A stretch of DNA of 64,000 nt from Spirochaetota bacterium (GCA_963664815.2 CAXXHB010000003.1:1568001-1632000), one strand, 5' to 3'. Shown: positions 39,826-50,316, counted from the stretch's first letter. The notes: generated by a model from the letters alone, not told the origin. Made by a program: numbers and translations.

Positions 39826-41142
39826 TTACTCGAGTTAGGCGTTTTTTGGACATAGCTACGCCACGAGTTTTAGTTTTTTATAAATGTCCCTCTTGGAGAC
39901 ACCCTTTTTATGCATTATAATCACTTGATCAACGTACTCCCGCTTCTTCATTATTTTGAAATACTGTCGAGATTTCCCAAGACTCTGTTCATTGTTAGCA
40001 ACTCTCAATGATTCAAGTAAAGCATACGCAGCAAATACAAGAGCACAGTATTTTTCTATTGCCTTCAGTTTCCTCATCTGGTATTGACTCATACCAAGAC
40101 GATCTTTACAATAAAGATATCCAACTTCAATATCCCAGCGAAAGCTGTAATATTTCAAGATGCCTTCATTATTCAAGTTCATATCCGTACTAAGGATGAA
40201 CATTCTAGATCCGTCCTTGACTCTCTTTGATATCAGTATAATTGCATTACCGATACCTTTCAGCCAGACTTCTATCTGTCTGACTTTGAAGGCTTCATCC
40301 TTTAATTTTACTTTCTCAAAGGATGAGTTTCTTAAGTTTTTCACATAAGCTGACAGCTTATGTTTTTTACCATGCTCTTTGAACTGGAATACTCTATTGC
40401 TCTTAAGCGCTCCTATAAGTTCAAATTCCCGGTCTTTTACAGCTTTTACGACTTTCTCCGATGTGTGCCAGCTATCTACTAAACAGTATATCTTATCTCC
40501 TGTAAAAGGTTCAAACTTATCTATCAATTCACATGCTATATCCGGTTTTGTTTTAAATACTTCTCCGGATTCAGTTGCCACTTACTCATTTAGATAAAAC
40601 CGGAAATCATATGGGAAAGATATATCCCCTGATCTATAATGACTTGTCACCAAGCTGTGATCATATACCGTTCTGCCTTTTGAATGAGAATAATGCCACC
40701 CGAGACTTTCTATCTTCTTCGGTTTTCCCGGCTTCTCTATCACAGTATCATCTATTATTAAAAAGCCTGTCCCGTTTTTCTTAGCGATACATTTTAAAAA
40801 ATTCCTGTTAACTCTTAAAAGATCTTTACAGGTCCAAGCTGTATCTCTTATAAACTTTATATCATTACTAACATCTCTTGTGTCAACCTGAATGGAGTTG
40901 ATACTTGAGATTGTATGACGACCATCATATTCTATTATCCCTTTCAGCATCTTAGTAAAATGCCTCATTTGCGGTTTTGAAAAAATTTCTTTCGCCGCTG
41001 TAAAATACTTGCCTTCTGTAATCTGTTGTTTATTTTTTTATTCATTAGAGTTTTTAAAATACTTTTCATAATGGGGTAAAAAATTAATACTATTTTTTGC
41101 CCCATTATCTTTTTCTTTTAAAAAAACGCCTAACTCAAGTAA
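39826..41142 (-). mobile_element. IS701-family-like insertion sequence (about 1.3 kb)
   Basis: Terminal inverted repeats ttactcgagttaggcgtttttt (39826-39847) and aaaaaacgcctaactcaagtaa (41121-41142), 21/22 match, enclosing a DDE transposase. Confidence 0.9.
39856..41045 (-). pseudogene. IS701-like DDE transposase, disrupted
   Basis: LIIDDT..EKPG, VDSWH, LKSNR and Y..RWDIE motifs. ORFs 40582-40968 and 39856-40581 are in the same frame, split by one TAA; the ATG at 41045 is out of frame. Confidence 0.85.
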
Positions 41143-41289
41143 AGTAGTGGATAAATTTAATTAAAAAACATTTTAAAATTATAAAATTAACAATTTAATG
41201 AAAATATAAAAATCCGGCTTTGAAATTTTCGTCTATATGAGGCGATGAATTTTATTTAAATTTTGAATTAATGATTCTGGAGGTCTACA

Positions 41290-42243
41290 GTGCAGAAAAA
41301 TGGCAGTAAAAGTCCGAAGAACAAAAATCAGAATAAAATATGGGATAATATTTCGATAAAAGATCATCCTCTTGATGGTATGGGAAATCCTTCTTATAAA
41401 AAATATGATCCCATATTAAGTGTTTATAAATATTCAGCAGACTATAGGGATCCGGTTCTGGGGAAAATTGATAAATCAGAAAACCTGTTCAGCAAAAAAT
41501 ATAAGTGGAGAATGAAAGGGCTTAGTATAGATTCAAGATTTTTTGCTGTCTGGTCAAATGAGAAAATTTATAAAAACTATTTCAATTCACTTTATAAAAC
41601 AGCAAAAAGTATGCATAACAGGTATAGAGATAGTGATAGTGTTATGGCGGTTGAGCCGGAGGATTATGTTGCTATGACTATAGGTTATTTTATTAAAAGT
41701 ACAGAGAAGTGTCAGCTGGAATATAATAATCTTATAGATAAGATCGGCTATTATAGTCATTACCCCCTTGATGATACATATAAAAGTTCTGAAGAGATAG
41801 GCCTTGGTGTAATGAAAATGTATAATCAAAAGCTGAAGTCTAACTTCACGGATGCTCTGCGAAGACGAGGACCTGTGCCGCAGGGTAATATACTGAACAT
41901 TGTTAACTCCGACCAGTCGTTTACTGATTCCGTAATTTCAATCGAGCAGGAAGTCTCTTCGCTTCCTTACTTGAAAAAAAAAGGTTATGCCGGGGCTGTG
42001 TTTTATTATCTTGCACTTGGTTCCCTTTCCAAAAAGGAGATAGAAATCAGTGTTAAAGAAAAATTTCAGATAGCAGGAAATGATTTTAAATACTGCATTC
42101 AGCGGGCTGTCCATGAAATTAAAAGTGATATAATATACAGGATTTTATCTATTCAGAAGGAAATCTGTAATCATGGTGATATAGAAGTGCTGCTTATCAG
42201 AATTGGAGAGTATCTGAGTTTACAGTATGAAGGAGTTGCCTAA
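41290..42243 (+). CDS. divergent ECF-like RNA polymerase sigma factor (putative)
   Basis: ggagg RBS with GTG start. Region-2-like YFNSLYKTA..EPEDYVAMT..NFTDALRRR and region-4-like VSSLP...AVFYY...SLSKKEI...FKYCIQRAVHEIK. Confidence 0.5.
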   Translation: MQKNGSKSPKNKNQNKIWDNISIKDHPLDGMGNPSYKKYDPILSVYKYSADYRDPVLGKIDKSENLFSKKYKWRMKGLSIDSRFFAVWSNEKIYKNYFNSLYKTAKSMHNRYRDSDSVMAVEPEDYVAMTIGYFIKSTEKCQLEYNNLIDKIGYYSHYPLDDTYKSSEEIGLGVMKMYNQKLKSNFTDALRRRGPVPQGNILNIVNSDQSFTDSVISIEQEVSSLPYLKKKGYAGAVFYYLALGSLSKKEIEISVKEKFQIAGNDFKYCIQRAVHEIKSDIIYRILSIQKEICNHGDIEVLLIRIGEYLSLQYEGVA

Positions 42244-43811
42244 TGGAAAGATATAATGAAGCTGTTGCATCACTTAAAGATACATTTCGAAATACCTTTT
42301 TTTCTGAATATGACCCTTTTAATGCGGGCGGCAGAGATCGTGAAATTATGGAAAGCTTCTACTCTGTTTTGAATAATTTTTTATCAGACATGAGTGTAAC
42401 GGGGAAAAAAGATCTTCTGGACCTGCTTGATAATTCGGAAGAGTTTTCATCTAATAATTCATTTGAGATGGATTTTGATCCGTACTTTATTCTTCAGCTT
42501 GCTGCTGACGGAAATCCCCTCTTTGATTCATTGCCTGATGAAACACTGCGCATGGTTGAGCAGCTGCTGAGATCTGAATCTGAATTTCTTGAAGATCTTT
42601 TTGTCTGTGTCGGTCTGAATAATGTGAATCTGCAGAATGAATATATGCTCCAGATGGCGTTGCCTTCATGGAGTGAAATAATGACGCGGATCTTTTTTGA
42701 AGAGAGGAATATTCTTGATGACCTTAGAGCTCCCGATTCAGTTGCGTCAATGGACCCTTCGGTGATTGTTTCTTTTTATCTTGATAGGGATTTTGATAAA
42801 GAAAAGTATAGTTCCTTTGATTTTTTTAAAGATAACGTTCTCAGGAGAGATTTTGAGAAGGCCGCATATATTATTCCGGGTATTTTTAATTTTATTGCCC
42901 AGAGAATTGCAGATCCGGAAAGCTTTTCTTCTTTCCCGGTTGATTTTAATATAATCAAAGAAGTTCAGCATTATATACTGCTCAAGAGTATTGTGGAGCT
43001 GCTTGTATCAGGATCACTTGCCACTGATGACGGCAAAGCCCTTCTTTCAAGGCTATACCTTATTTTTGCAGCATCTGCCGGAGTTAATGATGATAGCCCC
43101 AACTGGAGCTTTAATGCAGGACTGCTGGAAAAATTGTGTAATAATCCGGTAAGAATTGATTCTCTTAATTCGGTACCGTTTACAAGGATTAACAGGGTTG
43201 TTCTTAATTTTCTGACCTCCGTGGCGTATCTCTGTTCTGATGATGAGGGATTTATTAAATCATGTTCAAAACTTCCTGACAGATATGATGGGGTAGTCGA
43301 GTTGATGAATTCTCTGCATATGCAGGATATTACCAAAGAACGGGAGGCTGATTCTGTTCCGTATACTGCAAGGCTTTTTAATAATTTTACAGATGCAGTT
43401 TCGAGGTTTATGGAATCCGGGCTTCAGAGAGAGATGAAGGTTGTTGTTTTAAGGGAGCCTGCAGTAGCGGTGTTTGGTACTGTCCAGGTGCCGGAGAAAA
43501 AATACACAATAAGCGGAACAATAGGGGAATCCTCTTTCACCGCTAAAATTTCAACAGAACTGATAATGGATGAAAAAGCTATTATGCTTGAACTGGATTT
43601 TGATATTGATACTCCCGATCCGGACGGATATGAAGTTGCTTTATATATTAATTTTAAAGGTGTTAAGAAAAGAATTAACTCAAGGTTATTTAAGGGATCA
43701 GCCTTTCATCGGGTTTATAAGCTTGATCCTATGATTCGTATTTCCTATTCCCTTGAACTTTCCCTGACAGATGGAGAAGAATCCCTTATCCTTTTTTCAG
43801 CGGAGTACTGA
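42243..43811 (+). CDS. hypothetical acidic protein, candidate anti-sigma / protease substrate
   Basis: 522-aa ORF translationally coupled (TAATG) to the sigma-like gene; helical N-terminal part and beta-rich C-terminal domain. Function inferred from context only. Confidence 0.6.
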   Translation: MERYNEAVASLKDTFRNTFFSEYDPFNAGGRDREIMESFYSVLNNFLSDMSVTGKKDLLDLLDNSEEFSSNNSFEMDFDPYFILQLAADGNPLFDSLPDETLRMVEQLLRSESEFLEDLFVCVGLNNVNLQNEYMLQMALPSWSEIMTRIFFEERNILDDLRAPDSVASMDPSVIVSFYLDRDFDKEKYSSFDFFKDNVLRRDFEKAAYIIPGIFNFIAQRIADPESFSSFPVDFNIIKEVQHYILLKSIVELLVSGSLATDDGKALLSRLYLIFAASAGVNDDSPNWSFNAGLLEKLCNNPVRIDSLNSVPFTRINRVVLNFLTSVAYLCSDDEGFIKSCSKLPDRYDGVVELMNSLHMQDITKEREADSVPYTARLFNNFTDAVSRFMESGLQREMKVVVLREPAVAVFGTVQVPEKKYTISGTIGESSFTAKISTELIMDEKAIMLELDFDIDTPDPDGYEVALYINFKGVKKRINSRLFKGSAFHRVYKLDPMIRISYSLELSLTDGEESLILFSAEY

Positions 43812-43813
43812 AA

Positions 43814-46800
43814 ATGTTGGTGCTGCGGTTTAAAAAGAAGTCTGACAGAATCGATATTATCGAGTTTTATATTCATAATCAGGGAGATGAACTGAATTCT
43901 ACAGACAGTATAGATATATCAATGGGGGGCACCGGGTGGGCCGGTTATCTTGCTTCAATCTGGAAATGCAAACAGATTATTGAGGGGGCAGTTCTTTCCG
44001 GAAAATTTACTAAAGAGATTCTGAATAAAATGCTGCCGCAGTTTGAAGTGCGGAAGCTGTTTCCGCATCTTGCAGAGAGGAGCGATGGACCGCTCAGTGT
44101 CAGGGATATCTGGCTTAAAAGTGTAGTCTCATCAAACCAGCCCCAGAGAATGGTTCTTCAGGTTGATTCGGATACAGGAATGGTACCATGGGAGTATGGA
44201 GATCTTTCTGAAAATGAGTATTTTTTCAGCAGGCATATACTGACACGACTCCCTTCCGGCATATCTTATACAAAATTGAAGAAACTCGCCAGTTCTGATA
44301 ATATAAATTTTAATCGCGGAATAAGAATATTCCCTGTACTTGCAGATGTAGGGGAGGTAAAATATTTTTCTGAAACGAAAAAATTTATAGATAAGATGAC
44401 TTCTGATCTTGGACAGGAGTATTTTGATGATGACTATAATAATTCATACACCCTGTTTTTGAAAAGTTTCTGCAGTTATCCGGTTGTACATCTTATCTGT
44501 CATGGACCCGGACTTGAAAACAGCTCTAATGCGATTCAGGTAGACCATAGATTTATACCGGTCAGAGATTTTATTAATAACCTGATTGAGCAGTATGTTA
44601 TAAGGAATGAATTTCCCGCTCTTCTCATCCTTTCAGTTTGCGGAGGCGGTTCAGCTATAACTCCTGATCTGATAGCTGAACTCTTTGAAAGGACTTCTGT
44701 CAGTAATATCATTGTATCTTTTTTTTCAATTCCGGTTAATAATACTACTTTTGATTTCTATACAGAATTATACAGAAATATAATTCATAAAGGGATGGCT
44801 GTTTCAGAGGCCTTTCACAAGGCTGTCAATGACCCGTTTAATCCTATAGGAGCAATACACCAGCTCTGGGGAAACCCTGATGTAAAATTTACCCGCATGA
44901 CTGCTGTAGACCAAAATACTGCCGTGAAGGTTCATGATACTGCAACAGCATCGATCTCCGATGCTATAATGGCAAACAAGGTAATGGACCTTATGAAGTC
45001 AAACTCCTTTGACGAGGCATCTGCGGTTATTGACGGCATAAACGATGATGAGACGCAGCAGAAGCTTAGATCAATGAGCAGCAACCTTGAAGCGGATGTT
45101 GCAGAACTTCTGGATAAAGCCCGTTTATCGAGCAGGGATGTTTACACAAATATATTTAAGGAAGGGAGTATCATTGACGGTATTGCTGAATTGGGACTGT
45201 GGCCCGATGGAGAGATATATCACATTGCGTGCGGATTTTATGATTATATAAATAAGGAGAAAAGTATAAGGATCAGGATCCCGGAGGACCAGAGCAGCCA
45301 AAATATTGAACGCCTCAGCTCCCTTGTCAATTCAGACAGCTATAATTCGGCAGCAGGTCTTGAGAAATACTATTACTGTTCAGACTACAGGCTTTTCGGG
45401 GAGAATTTTTCAATATTTTATATCTGCGGCGAAATGCCCGTGGGTGAAAATATTAATTCAGATTCTTTGAAGGAGATTCTGCAGGGGATGTCCCCGGAAG
45501 AGAAAATAGGGATTGCTGTAAAAACCGCTTCTGATCTGTGCAGCGCAATGAATCTTTTTCATAAAAATGATCTGTATTTCCAGACGATTGAACCTTCAAA
45601 AGTATATATAAATCTGAACGGACCTTCTGCCGAGTCCATATATATTGCAGACGCTATGTTTTGTGCTGTCACGGAGGATAAAATAAGCGGCCTTCCTGAA
45701 AACGATGAATGTATATCTGATAGATTAATTGTTTCTAACATGATGGATGTTGCAGGGATAGTGTTTCATGATATTCTTGGTTATGAAGGAGACCTGGGGT
45801 CTCCGTTAAAACCGGGAGTAGCTCTGGTGATTGATGATCATCGCAATCTTATCCGCTGTTATTTTATGAATGAAGAAGGTTATGACAGGGTAATCTCTGA
45901 TAGAAGATTTCATGCATTACTTAAGCTTACTGACTGTAGAAAAGCGAGCAGATACCGGAGTGCGGGTGAAGCGGCTATAATCCTTAAAGGGGGGAATACG
46001 GTTTTTATTAATGAAATGAAAGAAACCGTTATGGCAGGTTCCCGGTTATTATATCTTATGGACAGATATGAAGATCCTGTTACTGTTGATGATATATGCA
46101 ATAATTTCGGGAGGACTGTGCTTCTTGATGAACTGCTGAAAAAAGGGTCGGATATGGCCTCTCCGAAGGTAGTAATAGTTAATGCGATGAACAGGCATGA
46201 TTTTTATCGTTGCCTTGAACCCTCTAAAACTTCCGGTGATCCATTTTTTATAGTTCTTCTTAAAAGTGGAATTAATATTATGATTCTTGATATTAACGAT
46301 GTGTTTGATGTCGATGAGAAAGCAGTGAGATACTATCATTTTTTTATGACATATATGAAAAGATATCTTGAACAGCCGTCGAGACCGTCTGTAGTAATGC
46401 TTTATTCTAACGCGGTTTACAGTTTTTTTAAAGATAAAAATCTGCTCAAGCATATGAAGATTTTATTTAATTCACCATATGATATTCATGATTATTATAG
46501 AGAAATTCACAATTCATCCCTGGCTTCCGAAATTCAGCTTGATGAAAATGAGATAAATGAAATTGCAGCGAATTGCATAGGACTGACATTACGCGAAGTC
46601 AAATACGCCATGGGTTATATTCTATCCTGCGATCTGATGAATTCAGTTTCGGGTGACGGTTTTAAGAGCTACCTGAATGAATACCGCATGAAAACAATGC
46701 TTTCAGGATCGAGGATTCTCAGGTTATATACTCCAAAGGATGATGTTTACGGGGGGTATCATGGTCTGGATGATTTCATAACTTCAGTCAGGATAAGTCT

Positions 46801-47539
46801 TGATTATAACTTCAGCATCAATTTCAAGTCATCTATTTTTACCGGGTTTTCCGGGACAGGGAAAAAATCCGCTGTGTCGTATCTGGTAAAAAGGCTGGAA
46901 ATCCCGGCTGTTTCGCTGGATATTTCGGAGATATTTGCAAACGGTTTAGACTCCAATCCAGTAGGCCTGCTAAGGTATGCTCTGGCACTTGTAAAACAGA
47001 TGCAGCCGTGTATATTGATAATTAACAGGTTTATAAAAGATATCATAGTTGCTTCAGAGAATTCATCAGCTCTGAAACTTATAATGGGGACTCTTCTCAC
47101 ATGGCTTCAGGATATCGGAAATACAAATATTCTGGTGTTTGCCCATGATTCTGTTAACAGTATAGCCGATGCAGAATCTCTTAATCATGAATTTACAAGA
47201 TCCGGACGATTTACGGAAAAATTTTTTTTTAATTACCCGTCTATTGACTCCGAAAAAGAGATTCTCGGATTATATGCCGGGTCTCTCGGTGTTAAGATAA
47301 GCGATGAAGAAGCAGTTGCCGTATTATCGGAAGAACAGATGTCCGGTTGTCTGACTCCTGCTGATATCCGTTATACAATGAATGAAACAGCGCTCAGGTA
47401 TATAAAGAATGAGAATGGTACAGTACCGGATCTTTTCAGGGGTGTTGTGAAGAGGGGGTTATATCTCAGGTCTGATAGAAATTATAATGCTGCACTGGCT
47501 GGAAGAATGAAAGATTCCGGATATACTATATTGAATTAA
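43814..47539 (+). CDS. CHAT (caspase-like) protease - pseudokinase - degenerate Ycf46-like AAA fusion
   Basis: CHAT motifs VPWEY, VHLICHG, LILSVCG and LWGNP. Kinase-like SAMNLFHKNDLYFQTIEPSKVYI...IADA...RYRSA. AAA motifs GFSGTGKK, PCILIINRF, LLTWLQD and RSGRF. Confidence 0.8.
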   Translation: MLVLRFKKKSDRIDIIEFYIHNQGDELNSTDSIDISMGGTGWAGYLASIWKCKQIIEGAVLSGKFTKEILNKMLPQFEVRKLFPHLAERSDGPLSVRDIWLKSVVSSNQPQRMVLQVDSDTGMVPWEYGDLSENEYFFSRHILTRLPSGISYTKLKKLASSDNINFNRGIRIFPVLADVGEVKYFSETKKFIDKMTSDLGQEYFDDDYNNSYTLFLKSFCSYPVVHLICHGPGLENSSNAIQVDHRFIPVRDFINNLIEQYVIRNEFPALLILSVCGGGSAITPDLIAELFERTSVSNIIVSFFSIPVNNTTFDFYTELYRNIIHKGMAVSEAFHKAVNDPFNPIGAIHQLWGNPDVKFTRMTAVDQNTAVKVHDTATASISDAIMANKVMDLMKSNSFDEASAVIDGINDDETQQKLRSMSSNLEADVAELLDKARLSSRDVYTNIFKEGSIIDGIAELGLWPDGEIYHIACGFYDYINKEKSIRIRIPEDQSSQNIERLSSLVNSDSYNSAAGLEKYYYCSDYRLFGENFSIFYICGEMPVGENINSDSLKEILQGMSPEEKIGIAVKTASDLCSAMNLFHKNDLYFQTIEPSKVYINLNGPSAESIYIADAMFCAVTEDKISGLPENDECISDRLIVSNMMDVAGIVFHDILGYEGDLGSPLKPGVALVIDDHRNLIRCYFMNEEGYDRVISDRRFHALLKLTDCRKASRYRSAGEAAIILKGGNTVFINEMKETVMAGSRLLYLMDRYEDPVTVDDICNNFGRTVLLDELLKKGSDMASPKVVIVNAMNRHDFYRCLEPSKTSGDPFFIVLLKSGINIMILDINDVFDVDEKAVRYYHFFMTYMKRYLEQPSRPSVVMLYSNAVYSFFKDKNLLKHMKILFNSPYDIHDYYREIHNSSLASEIQLDENEINEIAANCIGLTLREVKYAMGYILSCDLMNSVSGDGFKSYLNEYRMKTMLSGSRILRLYTPKDDVYGGYHGLDDFITSVRISLDYNFSINFKSSIFTGFSGTGKKSAVSYLVKRLEIPAVSLDISEIFANGLDSNPVGLLRYALALVKQMQPCILIINRFIKDIIVASENSSALKLIMGTLLTWLQDIGNTNILVFAHDSVNSIADAESLNHEFTRSGRFTEKFFFNYPSIDSEKEILGLYAGSLGVKISDEEAVAVLSEEQMSGCLTPADIRYTMNETALRYIKNENGTVPDLFRGVVKRGLYLRSDRNYNAALAGRMKDSGYTILN

Positions 47540-47552
47540 CAAGGAGAATGAT

Positions 47553-49388
47553 ATGTCTGCGCAGGAACAGGTACTCAAGGAGATAAAAAGTCACATTATA
47601 GCAGGGTTCCGTTTTATATATGTTTCGACATCTGAGGAGACTGAGTTTATAGACAGGATGAAAGATTCGGTTGAATCTGATTCTGCATTCGGTTCTCTTG
47701 TGCTTTTTGTTGATTACGACGAGATAACAACAATGTCCAGAATTTACGGAACAAATACAAAAAAAATTATAGATGACTATGGCTGGCCTATAAAGAATTT
47801 CAAGTATGAATGCAGCGATATCCAGAAAAAGGACTCGGCAACAATGGACAGGTATAATGGTATCAGCCACCCGCTTGAGATGGCGTTTAATCTTGAGAAC
47901 CTTAACCCTGTACTTGACAAAATCAATCAGTCTGAATTTCAGAGTGCCAAAGACAAGATCCGATTTATATTTTTTATCAAGGACGCTCACCTGCAGTTTT
48001 TTATCCGAACAAGAAATTTTAAAAGAATTGAAGATTTTTTTGAAAAGAGGGGATATAACCGTGCTGATTTTTTCTTTGTTCTTATCTCATCATTTCCGGG
48101 AAGTATTATTCCTGAAGATTTTTCCCGTTACGTTGTGAGTTTTGATTATCCGCTGCCGGGAATGGATACTATGAGAAAAATCATTGCAGAAAAGATTTTT
48201 GCAGGGAGCGAAAAGATTAATGAAGAGACAGATGTGCTGGTTGACAATTTTGCAAGAGCCGGAGTGGGTCTCTCCGAGAGGGAGTTCAGGCTCTCTTTAA
48301 ACCTTGCTATGCAGGAGGGGGAGGGCAAGCTCACCCTGAACACACTGGGTACCATACATAATCAGAAGTCACAGATACTGAAAACATCAAATCAGTTTCT
48401 TGAATATATTACAGACAGCACCATTTATGGAGGAGATGAAACTTTTAAGGATATAGGCGGAATGGACCAGCTCAAAGACTGGATAAAATTAAGGAAACTA
48501 CTTATTAACCCATCGGAGAAACTTGCATTTAACGAGGAACAACTTGCAATTCTCAACAGACTTGATAAACCCAAGGGCCTGCTGCTCTTTGGTATTTCCG
48601 GGGGAGGGAAATCCCTCATGGTACGTCACATAGCCCGACTATTCAAAGTACCTCTCCTACGTCTTGATATAGGGCGTATTTATGGCCAGTATGTAGGGCA
48701 GTCTGAAAGAAATATCAGGGAAACCATACGGCTTGCAGAGGCTATGTCTCCATGTGTATTATGGATTGATGAAATTGAGAAAGGGTTTGCCGGATCTCAG
48801 GGAAGCGGCGACAGCGGAACCTCCTCCAGGGTCTTCGGTTCATTTTTAACATGGATGCAGGAAAAAAAGGCTATGGTTTTTGTTGTGGCCACGGCAAATA
48901 ATATAACTTCAATACCACCTGAAATGACAAGGATGGGGCGTTTTGATGCACTCTTCTTCGTCCCGCTTCCTGATCTGGAGGGGCGTAAGGAGATATTTAA
49001 AATACATCTCCGTAAATATATTCCTTTAACAGTGATGCCGGATGAAAATGTTGACAGACTTGCTGCAGATGTTTTTGAAACCGGATCCAATAGCGAAAAT
49101 TTAAGATGCATCACCGGTGCGGAGATTGAACAGTGTGTTAAAAACGCGATCCTTGTTAATCTTCATTCATCTGTTTCATCAGGTGATTCTAATCTTGAAT
49201 CTGCAATCAGGGAACAATTCATGATTGTCACACCTATGTACAAAAACCCGGTATTAAACGAACAATACAGAGGTCTGTGCAGATGGGCGGAATCGCGGGC
49301 AATAATTGCGGGAGCTTATGATGATAACGATGATGACGCTCTAAATAGTTTCGGGAGGGATCCCGGAGCCGGCAGATTGAATCATTAA
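47553..49388 (+). CDS. Ycf46-like AAA+ ATPase
   Basis: DIGGMDQLKDW, PKGLLLFGISGGGKS (Walker A), LLRLDIG, PCVLWIDEIEKG (Walker B), FLTWMQE, VATAN and RMGRFD; N-terminal inactive ATPase-like domain. Confidence 0.93.
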   Translation: MSAQEQVLKEIKSHIIAGFRFIYVSTSEETEFIDRMKDSVESDSAFGSLVLFVDYDEITTMSRIYGTNTKKIIDDYGWPIKNFKYECSDIQKKDSATMDRYNGISHPLEMAFNLENLNPVLDKINQSEFQSAKDKIRFIFFIKDAHLQFFIRTRNFKRIEDFFEKRGYNRADFFFVLISSFPGSIIPEDFSRYVVSFDYPLPGMDTMRKIIAEKIFAGSEKINEETDVLVDNFARAGVGLSEREFRLSLNLAMQEGEGKLTLNTLGTIHNQKSQILKTSNQFLEYITDSTIYGGDETFKDIGGMDQLKDWIKLRKLLINPSEKLAFNEEQLAILNRLDKPKGLLLFGISGGGKSLMVRHIARLFKVPLLRLDIGRIYGQYVGQSERNIRETIRLAEAMSPCVLWIDEIEKGFAGSQGSGDSGTSSRVFGSFLTWMQEKKAMVFVVATANNITSIPPEMTRMGRFDALFFVPLPDLEGRKEIFKIHLRKYIPLTVMPDENVDRLAADVFETGSNSENLRCITGAEIEQCVKNAILVNLHSSVSSGDSNLESAIREQFMIVTPMYKNPVLNEQYRGLCRWAESRAIIAGAYDDNDDDALNSFGRDPGAGRLNH

Positions 49389-49402
49389 GGATAAGTCTGA
49401 TT

Positions 49403-50242
49403 ATGGATAGCTGGAAATATAATTTATACCGGACAGCATTTTCCTCTATTTTTATGAGGGCTGATTATAATTTAGAATATGACAGCTACAGGTATTTTCT
49501 TGATACATTCGGGAGTCTGAACCATGAGATGTATCTGTTATTGTGGGATAACCTTCTCCGTTACGTATATTTAAAAGATGAAAAATATGATATGTTTCTT
49601 TATGGAGAACTTTCACCCGTTTCCTATTCATTAAAATGGCATATGGATTATCTTCAAAACCCTGAGAAAAAAACCAGATCCAGATGCCGGTTCAGAAAAA
49701 GGCGGAATCCCCCTTATATGGAAATTATGAATTCGATATCTGAAACTCCAAATGTAGTCGATTATTTTTTTATAAATTCTATCTTCAGGAAATCAGACTC
49801 TCAATTTATTAAAGATGTGCTATTAAGTAATGACAAGCCTGCAAAATCCCTGGTCCAGTTTATCCGGAATAATCGTCTTCTTATTGCAGGAACACCTGCT
49901 GATAATTATCTTAAAGAATATGAAGCATCTCTCAATGCCGGCAGAAAAGATTCAGATAAAAGGAAAGAAAAAAATAACAATAAATGTGAGGATGTGAATC
50001 ATCCGAAAGTTTATCTATACAATCCGCCCGATGTGAATAATATAAAACAGCTTGTTCAATCCGGTATGGCAACAGTATCTATTCAGGAGGCTTTTTCTGT
50101 TTTTATCTCTTCCCAAATCTTGAGCCTCGATAACTTTTTTAAAAATGATATTATTAAAATGTTTAATCCGGTTTATTTTCCCGAAACTGAAAAAAAATTT
50201 CTGAAACACTATGCTGTTTCAGCAGAAGTTTCGTCTAAGTAG
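49403..50242 (+). CDS. hypothetical protein
   Basis: 279-aa ORF within the operon; no recognised motif. Confidence 0.7.
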   Translation: MDSWKYNLYRTAFSSIFMRADYNLEYDSYRYFLDTFGSLNHEMYLLLWDNLLRYVYLKDEKYDMFLYGELSPVSYSLKWHMDYLQNPEKKTRSRCRFRKRRNPPYMEIMNSISETPNVVDYFFINSIFRKSDSQFIKDVLLSNDKPAKSLVQFIRNNRLLIAGTPADNYLKEYEASLNAGRKDSDKRKEKNNNKCEDVNHPKVYLYNPPDVNNIKQLVQSGMATVSIQEAFSVFISSQILSLDNFFKNDIIKMFNPVYFPETEKKFLKHYAVSAEVSSK

Positions 50243-50316
50243 ATTTAATATAGGGTAAATATCCGGCTGTTCAGGATCAGGCCGGTTTGCAATGATAAAT
50301 GATTTAAGGGGGAATT

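Noticed and set aside
40582-40584. Possible recoded stop (Sec/Pyl readthrough) in the transposase
   Set aside because: The codon is TAA, not TGA or TAG; a simple nonsense mutation is more likely.
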